From the NCBI GenBank assembly GCA_977020255.1, contig CDROCS010000998.1:62001-126000 (forward strand): a stretch of DNA of 64,000 nt, in the 5' to 3' direction. The notes beneath the pieces were generated by a model. It was given only the letters and a program-made list of their open reading frames with translations. It was not told where the DNA came from and did not search any database. The DNA comes from Obrimoposthia wandeli. Lineage: Eukaryota. A program made the translations under genes and the position numbers. Shown in pieces: positions 26,591 through 36,822 of this stretch. Position 1 is the first letter of the stretch, and each line of letters opens with the position of its first letter.

Positions 26591-28255
26591 CTATTTACCC
26601 GCTAACATAGTTGCTAAGTCAGTTTCAACATCGCCAACACTGCGCATATCAAAGTTATCTTGTAATGCTTTGATTAAGTTGTCAGTTAAGAATGCAGGTG
26701 CTGTTGGGCCGGTATAAATACCTTTGATGCCTAAAGCGAATAGCGTTAATAACACGACGATCGCTTTTTGCTCGAACCAAGATAAAACGATGCTTAATGG
26801 CAGCTCGTTAACACCACAATCAAACTCTTCTGCCAGTGCTAACACTAACTGAATTGCAGAGTAAGTATCGTTACATTGACCAACATCTAATAGACGTGGA
26901 ATACCATTGATGTCGCCAAACTCTTTCTTGTTAAAACGGTATTTACCACAAGCCAGAGTAAGTACAACTGAATCTTCAGGTGTATTAACAGCAATATCAG
27001 TGAAGTAGCTACGTTCTTCTTTATCGCCGTCACAACCACCGATTAGGAAGAAGTGTTTGATGTTACCCGCTTTAACTTCATTGATAACTGCAGGTGCAGC
27101 AGCCATTAATGCGTTGCGACCAAAACCAACAGTGATCATGTGTTCAATTTCAGTATGCGCAATACCTTCTTGCGCTAAAGCACATTCGATAACTTGCGAG
27201 AAATCATCGCCTTCAATATGAACAACACCAGGCCAGCCAACAATGCTACGAGTAAATAGACGATCTGCGTATTGACCTACGTTTGGATTGATTAGACAAT
27301 TTGATGTCATCACAATTGCGCCAGGGAAGTTAGCAAATTCTTTTTGTTGATTCTGCCAAGCGCTACCGAAGTTACCCACTAAGTGTGGGTATTTGTTTAG
27401 TTCAGGGTAACCGTGTGCAGGTAGCATTTCACCATTGGTGTAAACGTTAATGCCTTTGCCTTCAGTTTGTTGCAGAATTTTTTCTAAATCATGTAAGTCA
27501 TGACCAGAAACAAGAATACACTTACCCGCAATAGGTTTTACGTTTACTTGTGTTGGTTGTGGGTGACCAAAAGTATTTGTTTCGCCTCGGTCTAGAATTT
27601 CCATAATGCGGTAGTTAAGTAGACCAATTTGCATTGATGTTTCAAGCAGAGCATTTGCATCTGTTGGATCAGTACCTAAGAACGCCATGATTTGATGATA
27701 TTCAGCGCAGATTGATTCTTCACTTTGACCAAGTACATTCGCATGTTCCATGTATGCTGCAGCACCTTTAAGGCCATACAGACATAATAAACGCAGACCA
27801 ATGATATCTTCATGCAGTTCTTCGTGACCACGGTTTACAGCCGCTTCTGGTGCAAAGTTCATGATTTCTTCAGCGGTTGCTGGTAACACAAACTGCGCTG
27901 CTGGTGATAATTCAGGTAGTGCTTCACCAGCTGCTGCTGCTGCTGCCATTACTTGTGTGCTTAACTGGATCTTATAACGCTCGGCAATCTCAGTGTATTC
28001 AGTAATACGCTCTGGCACAAAGTTCACGTTAGTTAATGTAGAGAAGAATGCACGTGGTGCCCAAGCATCAATTTCAGCATCGATAATGTTGTATTTACGC
28101 GCTAGCTCTGCCCAAAAAGATACGCCTTGCAAGTTAAATACTAATACGTCTTGTAGGTCAGACACATCAGCTGTTTTACCACACATACCTTGAGTATAAG
28201 AACAACCTTTAGTTGTAGGTGTTTGGACAGTTTGCTCACATTGAATACAGAACAT
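26591..28255 (-). CDS. hcp: Hybrid cluster protein (hydroxylamine/NO reductase)
   Basis: MFCIQCEQT...[38 protein letters not shown]. Confidence 0.97.
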   Translation of the reverse strand: MFCIQCEQTVQTPTTKGCSYTQGMCGKTADVSDLQDVLVFNLQGVSFWAELARKYNIIDAEIDAWAPRAFFSTLTNVNFVPERITEYTEIAERYKIQLSTQVMAAAAAAGEALPELSPAAQFVLPATAEEIMNFAPEAAVNRGHEELHEDIIGLRLLCLYGLKGAAAYMEHANVLGQSEESICAEYHQIMAFLGTDPTDANALLETSMQIGLLNYRIMEILDRGETNTFGHPQPTQVNVKPIAGKCILVSGHDLHDLEKILQQTEGKGINVYTNGEMLPAHGYPELNKYPHLVGNFGSAWQNQQKEFANFPGAIVMTSNCLINPNVGQYADRLFTRSIVGWPGVVHIEGDDFSQVIECALAQEGIAHTEIEHMITVGFGRNALMAAAPAVINEVKAGNIKHFFLIGGCDGDKEERSYFTDIAVNTPEDSVVLTLACGKYRFNKKEFGDINGIPRLLDVGQCNDTYSAIQLVLALAEEFDCGVNELPLSIVLSWFEQKAIVVLLTLFALGIKGIYTGPTAPAFLTDNLIKALQDNFDMRSVGDVETDLATMLAGK

Positions 28256-28315
28256 CTAGGACTCCGTTATAATTATATTATTAATATCGAATTAACGATG
28301 ATTTCGAATTCTAAA

Positions 28316-28332
28316 TGCATCTAACGTGCCAA
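28316..28332 (-). promoter_or_regulatory. sigma54 (-24/-12) promoter of hcp
   Basis: Minus strand TTGGCACGTTAGATGCA = GG-N10-GC, about 60 bp upstream of the hcp ATG. Confidence 0.85.
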
Positions 28333-28381
28333 CTTTTATATTGTTGATATTTAACGATTTTTACTTTTATCGATATTGCTC

Positions 28382-28425
28382 TTGATGTGGTTATCACAAC
28401 ACGATTGATGTGATAATTACATCAA
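28382..28425. promoter_or_regulatory. Two NorR-type GT-N7-AC enhancer sites
   Basis: TTGATGT-GGTTATC-ACAAC (28382) and perfect TTGATGT-GATAATT-ACATCAA (28405). Confidence 0.75.
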
Positions 28426-28442
28426 CTGCGTTTATATTAATT

Positions 28443-30011
28443 TTATACTAACTCTGCGGTACGTAATTCTTTGGGTTCAATACCGAGTTTCTTCCCCATT
28501 TTGTATAAATTACCGCGATCCATCTGTAAAAAGTCCGCTGCTTGCGCCCACACAAAGTTTGATTGCTGTAGGGCATGGGAAATAAGCTTGGTTTGATAAA
28601 TTTCAACGGCACCGCGTAGTTCAAATGATGTCGTAGGCAAGTCATTGGCTTCAGATTCTGTCGAGCAGGAGTAAGTATGACTCACTTCATCAGACAAGTG
28701 TTCCTGTAAGATCAAGCTTTGCTGTGTCTGAATAGCCCGTAAGCCTGCACGCATTAAGGTATGTTCTAATTCTCGAACATTACCAGGCCAACTATAACCA
28801 GTCAGTGCGGTTAAGGATTTCGGGTGTAATTGTAATTTAGCCACATTGAATTGAGTACGAACTCGGTCAAGTATATGCCCAGATAATACCGCGATATCAC
28901 CTTGTCGATGACGCAGCGGTGGCACATTTATCGGGAATACATTTAAGCGGTGAAATAGGTCACTTCGAAAGCGACCTGCAGCGACTTCTTCAGTTAGCTC
29001 ACGGTTAGTGGCAGCGATAATACGGACATTAACCATTAAGTTTTTATCTGCACCGACACGTTGCACTTCTCCTTGCTGAATAACGCGTAGCAATTTTGCT
29101 TGCATTAATAAAGGTAACTCACCAATCTCATCTAAGAATATCGTACCGCCATCAGCCAATTCAAATTTACCTGCGCGATGACTGTTTGCCCCAGTAAAAG
29201 CGCCTTTAACATGGCCAAACAATTCACTTTCAGCCAGTGATTCTGGTAGTGCGGCACAGTTTACGTAAATCATCGGCAGTGTGGCGCGTGACGAATTTGA
29301 ATGTACGGCATGAGCGACAAGCTCTTTGCCTGTACCTGTTTCACCACTGATGAGTACCGCATAATCAGAGTAGGCAACCATGCTTATATTATCACGCAGG
29401 CTTTGGATCTCTGGGCTTACACCCACTAACTCGCCACCTTTTTTTCGCGCTTCTTGGATCAAAACTTGATTCATGTTTTTCTGTTGGCGATGGCTTTTTC
29501 GTAGGGCTTCAACTTGATTTACATTTCTAATTGTCGCTGCGGCTAACGCTGCAAAGGTCGCAACGGTAATATCATCAATACTGTTGAAAGCCCCTACCTG
29601 CATAGCATCGAGAGTGATAAGCCCAACTAAATGATCTTCGACGTATAAACTGCAACCCATGCAATCATGCACGTTTATCGAGCGGTTTGGATCGTTTTTT
29701 AATAATCCATCAAATGGGTCGGGTAAGGTTGACGTTGCAGGAAATCGTACGGGCTCATGACTGGTTAAAATAGCCTGAAGACGAGGGTGTTGCTGCGGAT
29801 CAAACTTCTGACCGAGTACTTCATCTGATAAACCATTAACAGCAGCGGCAGACAATAAACCAGAATCATCCAGAATAAACAAAGCACTAGCATCACAAGG
29901 TAGTACTGATTGCAGTGACTGCATTAAACGCTGGTAATGGTGCCCTGAAGGCAAATTTAAATTGAGATCAAGTGCAATTTGTAACATTGCTTGGTCGAGA
30001 GTCGTTTGCAT
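28443..30011 (-). CDS. norR: NO-responsive sigma54 enhancer-binding protein (GAF-AAA+-HTH)
   Basis: GAF with HDCMGC; GETGTGKE, ESELFGHVKGAFTGA, LFLDEIGE, WPGNVREL; Fis-type HTH. Confidence 0.9.
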   Translation of the reverse strand: MQTTLDQAMLQIALDLNLNLPSGHHYQRLMQSLQSVLPCDASALFILDDSGLLSAAAVNGLSDEVLGQKFDPQQHPRLQAILTSHEPVRFPATSTLPDPFDGLLKNDPNRSINVHDCMGCSLYVEDHLVGLITLDAMQVGAFNSIDDITVATFAALAAATIRNVNQVEALRKSHRQQKNMNQVLIQEARKKGGELVGVSPEIQSLRDNISMVAYSDYAVLISGETGTGKELVAHAVHSNSSRATLPMIYVNCAALPESLAESELFGHVKGAFTGANSHRAGKFELADGGTIFLDEIGELPLLMQAKLLRVIQQGEVQRVGADKNLMVNVRIIAATNRELTEEVAAGRFRSDLFHRLNVFPINVPPLRHRQGDIAVLSGHILDRVRTQFNVAKLQLHPKSLTALTGYSWPGNVRELEHTLMRAGLRAIQTQQSLILQEHLSDEVSHTYSCSTESEANDLPTTSFELRGAVEIYQTKLISHALQQSNFVWAQAADFLQMDRGNLYKMGKKLGIEPKELRTAELV

Positions 30012-30032
30012 GCAGAAACCTTAACATCGAGA

Positions 30033-30053
30033 GTGATGTGATTTTTACATCGT
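30033..30053. promoter_or_regulatory. GT-N7-AC site upstream of norR (possible autoregulation)
   Basis: GTGATGT-GATTTTT-ACATCGT, same flanks as the hcp sites. Confidence 0.6.
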
Positions 30054-30178
30054 GACGTAATGGCTGTAAACGGAAGTCTGTTGAAACGCCTCGTTAACTG
30101 CGCTTTTGTTGATCTGGGCTAATTTAGCACACATATCATTTACAATACGATGGGCTCCTATCTATTACCATTATGTGT

Positions 30179-31084
30179 TTATATCGAGCCTATAAATTCT
30201 TTACGTAACCAAGAACGCAATGTAAGTACGCTTTCTTGGGTTAATTTTTCAGGCGGGCATACAAAATAAAAATCTTGATGAGGATTGGATACAGCTTCAC
30301 CCACCTTAGTTAATACACCGTGGCGAATATCATCACGCACAAATAGCTCATGTGTAATCAACACCCCCAAACGTCGAGTAACGGCTTGAACTGCTTGTAT
30401 AGAAGCACTAAAGGCTAAATTTTTCTGTTGTTCTGGCACAATATAACCATTGGCTTCACACCATACCAACCAATCATATTTTCGACGTGGGTTCGTCACA
30501 AAGATAGCTGGGGATTTATCTAACAGGGCTGCGGGGGATTTATCATCTAGCCCTTCAAGTAAATATGGGCTACAGACCATAATTAGCTCATCACTCCCTA
30601 ACTTTTCACAGTAATATTCTTTCCATTCATCTGCTTTACCGTGAATCAGGGCGACATCGATACCTTCTCGATTCAGATCAAACGTCTGCGTTAAGTTCGA
30701 AATACGAACATCTATGTGCGGGGCAATATCTTGAAATTCAGGTACACGAGGGATCCACCAATGCAAAGCTAGCGAATGCACCATGTTAACCATTAAGCGA
30801 TTATGATTGATGTTATTGTGGTGCATTAGCTCTTCACTGGCATCCACAATTTGTTCTAACGCAGGAGCGACTTTTCGATAATATTTTTGACCATTCTGGT
30901 TTAATTCAACCCGACGACCAACCCGACGAAATAAAGGTAAACTTAGCTGAGTTTCTAGTGCCTTTATTGCCTGACTTACTGCCGAGTGACTCACACTGAG
31001 TACCGCTGCAGCTTCAGTCATGCTACCCGTTTCTGCAACAGCCACAAAAGCATAAATAGATTTAAGAGGAATTAACTTTCTCAT
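30179..31084 (-). CDS. LysR-family regulator (GcvA-like)
   Basis: N-terminal LysR HTH (AAAVLSVSHSAVSQAIK) and substrate-binding domain. Confidence 0.92.
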   Translation of the reverse strand: MRKLIPLKSIYAFVAVAETGSMTEAAAVLSVSHSAVSQAIKALETQLSLPLFRRVGRRVELNQNGQKYYRKVAPALEQIVDASEELMHHNNINHNRLMVNMVHSLALHWWIPRVPEFQDIAPHIDVRISNLTQTFDLNREGIDVALIHGKADEWKEYYCEKLGSDELIMVCSPYLLEGLDDKSPAALLDKSPAIFVTNPRRKYDWLVWCEANGYIVPEQQKNLAFSASIQAVQAVTRRLGVLITHELFVRDDIRHGVLTKVGEAVSNPHQDFYFVCPPEKLTQESVLTLRSWLRKEFIGSI

Positions 31085-31176
31085 CTGTAAGTTTTCCTAA
31101 CAGTTTAAGTTAATATTATTCGCTTTTTTGATGAGTGCAACCGTTCTACACTTTTTAGTCTCTAAGGAGTGGTAAA

Positions 31177-32124
31177 ATGACAACTGACTTACGCCCTGTA
31201 ATTTTCATGCTGATATCAACGTTTAGCCTATCTATCAATAGCTTATTGGCTAAGTTTTTGAGTGATAGTTTAAGTATTGAAATGCTCAGCTTTCTACGTT
31301 TTTTATTTCCAGCTGTACTATTGTTATGGTTAATGGCACTAACCAAATGGGCTGTTCCCGATAGAAAAATGTGGCAAACATTAGGTTTACGCGCTTTTTG
31401 TATCGCAGCAAGCCAACTATGCTTTTTATTTGCAATCAATCGCCTTAGCTTAGTCGAAACTGTTGTCTTATTTAGCACCGGTCCTCTTTTTATTCCTTTG
31501 TTAGAAAAACTATTATTCAAAACACAAATACAAAGCGCCACCTTGATCAATTTAGCAATCACATTTACAGGTGTGCTTTTAATGGCAAGTAATACATCAG
31601 GAGTAGAATTAAAACCTGAACTTCTCGTGGGTTTAGCGGCTGGGGTATTTAATGCAGGCTCTCAAATAAGTTTGTATCGAGTAAGTAAAGGAGCGTTATC
31701 GCCTATTGCACTTAACGCTTGGGGCTTTCTACTTGCTGCGATCATCGTGCTTCCTCTGGCTGTTTTTCAAACAGATAGCTTGATGCTTCAAGAGACGGCA
31801 AAAAATATGGCTGATATACAAACGTTTCTATTTCCCATGTTGTTATTACTTGCTGTGTGTATCGTAAATACCCAAGTATTCCGAGTGAAGGCTTATCAAT
31901 TAGCCAATTCAAGCTCACAACTCGCCCCTTTAATTTTCACCAACTTGATGTTTTCATCCGTTTGGCAAGTAATATTTTTCAACCAACCTTTAGAATGGAA
32001 TAAAGTAATTGGCATAAGCTTAATTATTATTGCCACCTTACTTAATACATTCACCCCATTAATTTTAAATACAATAAAAATTCGATTGAAAATAAAAGAC
32101 AACGACTTCCAACAAGAACATTAA
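31177..32124 (+). CDS. DMT/EamA family transporter
   Basis: Ten TM pattern with two EamA repeats; divergent from the LysR gene. Confidence 0.88.
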   Translation: MTTDLRPVIFMLISTFSLSINSLLAKFLSDSLSIEMLSFLRFLFPAVLLLWLMALTKWAVPDRKMWQTLGLRAFCIAASQLCFLFAINRLSLVETVVLFSTGPLFIPLLEKLLFKTQIQSATLINLAITFTGVLLMASNTSGVELKPELLVGLAAGVFNAGSQISLYRVSKGALSPIALNAWGFLLAAIIVLPLAVFQTDSLMLQETAKNMADIQTFLFPMLLLLAVCIVNTQVFRVKAYQLANSSSQLAPLIFTNLMFSSVWQVIFFNQPLEWNKVIGISLIIIATLLNTFTPLILNTIKIRLKIKDNDFQQEH

Positions 32125-32344
32125 TTTCTTGTGAACCTCAATTAGAGCACATAGAAAAATCTGAACTTAATACACTTGTTAGTAATGACCCTGCCGCAGC
32201 ATTTATTACTGCCTTTGAGGTTGGTGACGGCCAACGTTATGCGAAGTTTCCTCGAACGGATCTTAACGGTTACGGGGAATGGGCACCTGTAGCTCTTACA
32301 GCACCAAGTCGTCCAAGACGTTAACTCCCGTAGTACTTGATACT

Positions 32345-32385
32345 AATAAGCCGAAAAGAGTGCAAAAGCTCTTTCCGGCTTATTT
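32345..32385. terminator. Terminator hairpin at the end of the feo operon
   Basis: AATAAGCCG-AAAAGAG...CTCTTTC-CGGCTTATT. Confidence 0.65.
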
Positions 32386-32405
32386 ATTATTTAATGAAAT
32401 AATTT

Positions 32406-32594
32406 TTATATCACTTGCTTGATTTCTATTTTTTGACCTATAAAAGATGCTTTGTTCACGGCTTTAGCAGAGCTACATTTGCCACTCTCAGCGCATCCGA
32501 TACAGGTTGAACCTTTACGCTTTTCACTGATTATTTTTAAAATAGCGAGCACAATAATTACAGTTATTACGAGAGATACAATTATATTTGTCAT
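32406..32594 (-). CDS. FeoB-associated Cys-rich membrane protein
   Basis: One N-terminal TM then CIGCAESGKC; immediately after feoB. Confidence 0.8.
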   Translation of the reverse strand: MTNIIVSLVITVIIVLAILKIISEKRKGSTCIGCAESGKCSSAKAVNKASFIGQKIEIKQVI

Positions 32595-32604
32595 AACGAG
32601 TTCC

Positions 32605-34608
32605 CTATGCTGTATGCATATTTAACTTTTTTTGAGCCAAGCCTTCACCTTTATATATAAAGTAAAGCAAAGTCCCTACAAGTATCAAAGTAACCGCTAG
32701 GCCGTATATAAACCCTTGGCCTAATACTCCTGTTGTGATTAAAGTCCCAGCCTGATAAGTGATAAATGCAACCACGTACCCCATACCAAATTGGAATCCG
32801 ATACCTGCCCATAGCCATTTTTTATCTTCCATTTCTGCGTTCATTGCACCTAAAGCCGCAAAACATGGTGGCGTAAATAGGTTGAAGATCAAGTACGATA
32901 ATGCAGCTACTGAAGATAACCCCATAATGCTTGCAACATCTGAACCGCCAGAAATCAATGCAAGCTCTTCTGTATCAATAAAGTTAGTAATGCCATAAAC
33001 AACCGCTAATGTGCCAACCACATTCTCTTTTGCAATAAACCCTGTGATTGCAGCTGCCGCCAATTGCCATACGCCAAACCCGAGTGGTATTAACACTAAT
33101 GCAAATGGTGATGCAATACTTGCCAAGATACTTGTTCCAGCGGCACCTTCAGCAACCACCTCAAACTGCCAGTTAAATGTTTGCATTACTTGTACAACGG
33201 CGTTACATAGCAGAATAATGGTACCTGCTTTAATAATAAATGCCTTTGCTCTTGAGAGCGTAGAAATAACGGCTCGTTTTACACTTGGGAATCGATATTC
33301 AGGTAATTCCATGATGAAGAATGAGCGCGCATTTTTTTCGCCCGTGATACGCACAACAACCAATGCACCAAAGGTGATGATAGCAATGCCTAGAAAGTAC
33401 ATAGATGTTCCAACCCATGCCGCATCATTGAAAAAGACACCTGCAAATAATGCAATGACTGGAAGTTTCGCACCGCAAGGCATGAATGGGGTTAACATCG
33501 CAGTCGTTCGTCTTTGTCTTTCGTTTTGTATTGTTCTTGTTGCCATGATGCCTGGAATTGCACATCCAGTACCAATAACCATTGGGATAATTGATTTACC
33601 AGATAAACCAAGATGTTTAAAAAAGCGATCCATAATGACCGCAACACGTGCCATATAGCCACAATCTTCAAGTAATGCGAGCAAGAAAAATAGCACCATA
33701 ATCAAGGGTAAGAACCCGACAACAGCGCCAACACCACCGATTATACCGTCTAACAGTAACGCGCCTAATACAGGTGAAACGTCGCTACCTAATAATCCTT
33801 CTACTAAGCCGTAAAATGCATCAATCCAACCCACCAACAGATCCGCTAAAATCGGTCCTAAATGGGTTTGTGAAATAGAAAATACACTCCACATGATCAG
33901 TGCAAAAATAGGCAGTCCAAACCATTTATTGGCGACAACCCTATCGACAGTATCTTGTGCTGTTTGTCTATTATTTTTGACTTTTCTTTGTTCTACTTTT
34001 CCTACGATGTTTTTTACAAATTCAAAGCGTTTAATATCTGAAGCTTCGACTAATTTAGCATTGCTTAAATCAACACCATCACTAACGAAAGGCGCAGTTT
34101 GGTGTTTGCCTGTGAGCTCAATGGCTGCAGATACAACATTATCTAAACCATTTTTAGCGCTTTTTGTAGAGGTCGTTTCAACGACAGGGCATCCCAGCAA
34201 TTTACTTAATGTTTGAGTATCAATGATTGTTTTTTTGCTTTTGGTTAAATCACTTTTATTCAGTGCCACCACAACCGGAATATCAAGCTCTAAAAGTTGA
34301 GTAGTAAAAAATAAACTACGACTTAAATTTGTGGCATCAACAATATTAAGGATCACATCTGGCTTTTCATTCTTCACAAAATCTCGCGTGATCGCTTCTT
34401 CTGAGGAAAAAGGTGACATTGAATAAGCGCCGGGTAAATCAACAACAGTAATTTCAGCATCCGTTTTATTAAACGCTTTTTTTACTAGTCCTTCTTTTTT
34501 ATCTACGGTAACTCCCGCCCAGTTGCCAACATGGGCTGTCTTCCCCGTTAACGCGTTGAATAAAGTGGTTTTTCCACTATTGGGGTTACCCGCTAATGCT
34601 ATTTTCAA
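32605..34608 (-). CDS. feoB: Ferrous iron transporter B
   Basis: GNPNSGKTT, VGNWAGVTV, DLPG, NKSD GTPase motifs; gate/PCGAKLP motifs; TTG start at 34608 after AGGAG. Confidence 0.96.
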   Translation of the reverse strand: MKIALAGNPNSGKTTLFNALTGKTAHVGNWAGVTVDKKEGLVKKAFNKTDAEITVVDLPGAYSMSPFSSEEAITRDFVKNEKPDVILNIVDATNLSRSLFFTTQLLELDIPVVVALNKSDLTKSKKTIIDTQTLSKLLGCPVVETTSTKSAKNGLDNVVSAAIELTGKHQTAPFVSDGVDLSNAKLVEASDIKRFEFVKNIVGKVEQRKVKNNRQTAQDTVDRVVANKWFGLPIFALIMWSVFSISQTHLGPILADLLVGWIDAFYGLVEGLLGSDVSPVLGALLLDGIIGGVGAVVGFLPLIMVLFFLLALLEDCGYMARVAVIMDRFFKHLGLSGKSIIPMVIGTGCAIPGIMATRTIQNERQRRTTAMLTPFMPCGAKLPVIALFAGVFFNDAAWVGTSMYFLGIAIITFGALVVVRITGEKNARSFFIMELPEYRFPSVKRAVISTLSRAKAFIIKAGTIILLCNAVVQVMQTFNWQFEVVAEGAAGTSILASIASPFALVLIPLGFGVWQLAAAAITGFIAKENVVGTLAVVYGITNFIDTEELALISGGSDVASIMGLSSVAALSYLIFNLFTPPCFAALGAMNAEMEDKKWLWAGIGFQFGMGYVVAFITYQAGTLITTGVLGQGFIYGLAVTLILVGTLLYFIYKGEGLAQKKLNMHTA

Positions 34609-34648
34609 AACAAATCTCCTAATAATACATAGTAATGATAATAACAAT

Positions 34649-34667
34649 GATGATAATAATCATTACT
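34649..34667. promoter_or_regulatory. Fur box between feoA and feoB
   Basis: GATGATAATAATCATTACT, 15/19 to GATAATGATAATCATTATC, in an (A/G)AT-repeat tract. Confidence 0.7.
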
Positions 34668-34765
34668 ATAGGTAAGCATGACAATCCTCCGCTGGATTGA
34701 TTGTCACCTTAAGATTGCCAAGCGTTAATCGCTTGTATTTTTATATATGAATTGTGTCAATAACG

Positions 34766-35050
34766 TTAGACAAGCACAGCTTGCGCTAAGTCACTTCCGA
34801 TACTGTATCTCGCATCTTTAATGCTGATGACGTAACTCTCTGACAGTATCGAAATCAATGTGATGGTTTCACCTTTAAAACACCCCAGTGTAAATAGGAA
34901 ATTTTCAATGTCGGCATCTCCAGCAACCACACCTTTAATAAGGTATTCTTGATTCACTTTTGCTTGAGATAAGTTTTGAGCTGTTTGGTGTGTAATTTCT
35001 ACGTTTTCTGATGATAATGTCATTGCGTCATTAAATATTGTACTGTTCAT
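34766..35050 (-). CDS. feoA: Ferrous iron transport protein A
   Basis: FLFTLGCFKGETI...YVISIKDARYSI SH3-like FeoA pattern, upstream of feoB. Confidence 0.85.
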   Translation of the reverse strand: MNSTIFNDAMTLSSENVEITHQTAQNLSQAKVNQEYLIKGVVAGDADIENFLFTLGCFKGETITLISILSESYVISIKDARYSIGSDLAQAVLV

Positions 35051-35127
35051 AATTACTTATCCAGATATAGCATTTTAAGCCTTCGTGTATCTCTCTGTTC
35101 TGACTAGCGTCATAAAAGCACAGGCTA

Positions 35128-35149
35128 AATGATAATTGTTGTTATTATT
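35128..35149. promoter_or_regulatory. Probable Fur box upstream of feoA
   Basis: AATGATAATTGTTGTTATTATT, 13/19 match to consensus. Confidence 0.5.
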
Positions 35150-35476
35150 ATTACCACTTTACTATGAACATTTTTTTATCTCTTGATGTAGATCAATGCC
35201 CCTTGAGTGGTGAATTATATTTTTACGAAGATGGTGCTAGAAGATGTTGCTAGAAGATGTTGGGCAAATGCATGCCGAGCCGCTAACCGAAGCGTACATG
35301 CGCTGGTTTTGCCGGGATATCAAAGTGATGCGCCGTTAGGGATGTCGCAGACATTGAGCTCATCACTGGGTAAATCTGCCTTATCTGATTATTTGCAACA
35401 ATGCTATTATTCAAGCGCAGTTGATGTGCGCTTTCGTTATATATCTCGTTATCTATAGAACGGCCATAAGATCATC

Positions 35477-36739
35477 TTACATTGCCGCTTTAACAGCCCG
35501 TGAAAGCTTATGCGCGGCTTCTTTCGGGTCTGCATCTTTTTGGTTGAAGAAAGTGCTAACCACATCGAAAATGGCGCTTTGTACATAACTGGTCGTCGAT
35601 AACCCTTGCGACATACTAGGCACTAAATCACCACTTTGTGCAGTCGCTTTAAAGGCAGCCATCGAATCAAGTGCACACTGATCAAACTTTGCCATGTTCA
35701 TATCAGTTCGAACGGGTATCGACCCTTTATTTAAATTAAATATTTGCTGAAAATCTTTGGTCATGATTGTTTTCGCAAGATCTTTCTGTGCTTGCTTATC
35801 TTCTTCTGCACCGCTAAGTTTGAAAAAAGCAAAACTATCGATATTAAAGGTGAATTGATTTGTCGTACCTGGGGCTGGTGCGCAAATATAATCTTTCCCC
35901 TGCACTTTTCCAGCTTCTGCAAACTCACCTTTGGCCCAGTCACCCATAATTTGCATGGCCGCTTCGCCTTTAATGACCATCTCGGTTGCAGAGTTCCAAC
36001 GACGACCACCTGATTTGGGATCGATATAGTTTTTCATTCTTTGAAACTGAGTAAACACATCCACCATTTTCTCGCCAGATAATACGTCCATATCTAGCTC
36101 AACAAAGGCCTTATTGTAATCTTCAGAACCCAGAACGGCTAAAGCAACGGTTTCAAATAATGTGGCATCTTGCCAAGCTTGCCTACCGTGAGCCAATGGA
36201 ATAATGCCAGCTGCTTTTATCTTATCTGCGACGTCAAAAAACTCATCAAGTGTGGTGGGAACCGTCACCCCCGCTTGCTTAAATACAGCAGGATTCGCCC
36301 ATAACCAATTCACCCTATGAACATTAAAAGGCACGGCAACATAGGTGCCATCATATTTCATGATATCCGCAACGACAGCAGGAATAATCTCATCCCACTT
36401 TTCAGCTTGCGCCACATCATCAAGGCTAGTGAGGAAGCCTAACCGCCCCCACTCTTGAATATCATGTCCTTTAATTTGAGCAGCAGAAGGCGGGTTGCCT
36501 GATACAGCACGGGTTTTCAGTACCGTCATGGCACTTTCACCACCACCACCTGCGATGGCAAAGTCTTTCCAACTGTTTCCTTGCTTTTCTATCTTTCGCT
36601 TGAGTACATCAACAGATTTCGCTTCACCGCCAGATGTCCACCAGTGGAGTACTTCAACCTCACCGGCATGGCTATTAGCTGCCATACCAGAAAGCGCGAA
36701 GGAAAATGTAATACTCAGCAATGTTCGGGATAATTTCAT
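35477..36739 (-). CDS. Sugar (glucose-type) ABC substrate-binding protein, no permease adjacent
   Basis: Signal peptide; [30 protein letters not shown] motifs. Confidence 0.88.
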   Translation of the reverse strand: MKLSRTLLSITFSFALSGMAANSHAGEVEVLHWWTSGGEAKSVDVLKRKIEKQGNSWKDFAIAGGGGESAMTVLKTRAVSGNPPSAAQIKGHDIQEWGRLGFLTSLDDVAQAEKWDEIIPAVVADIMKYDGTYVAVPFNVHRVNWLWANPAVFKQAGVTVPTTLDEFFDVADKIKAAGIIPLAHGRQAWQDATLFETVALAVLGSEDYNKAFVELDMDVLSGEKMVDVFTQFQRMKNYIDPKSGGRRWNSATEMVIKGEAAMQIMGDWAKGEFAEAGKVQGKDYICAPAPGTTNQFTFNIDSFAFFKLSGAEEDKQAQKDLAKTIMTKDFQQIFNLNKGSIPVRTDMNMAKFDQCALDSMAAFKATAQSGDLVPSMSQGLSTTSYVQSAIFDVVSTFFNQKDADPKEAAHKLSRAVKAAM

Positions 36740-36822
36740 GTCTTGCTCTATATGCTATAACCACAATAAGACGTCCTTACGTGGCATGTGTATTTGGAAC
36801 GACGTCTCTTTAAATAGAGACC

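Noticed and set aside
35207-35458. 83-aa ORF and 13-bp duplication GCTAGAAGATGTT
   Set aside because: No recognisable protein in any frame; treated as degenerate intergenic DNA.
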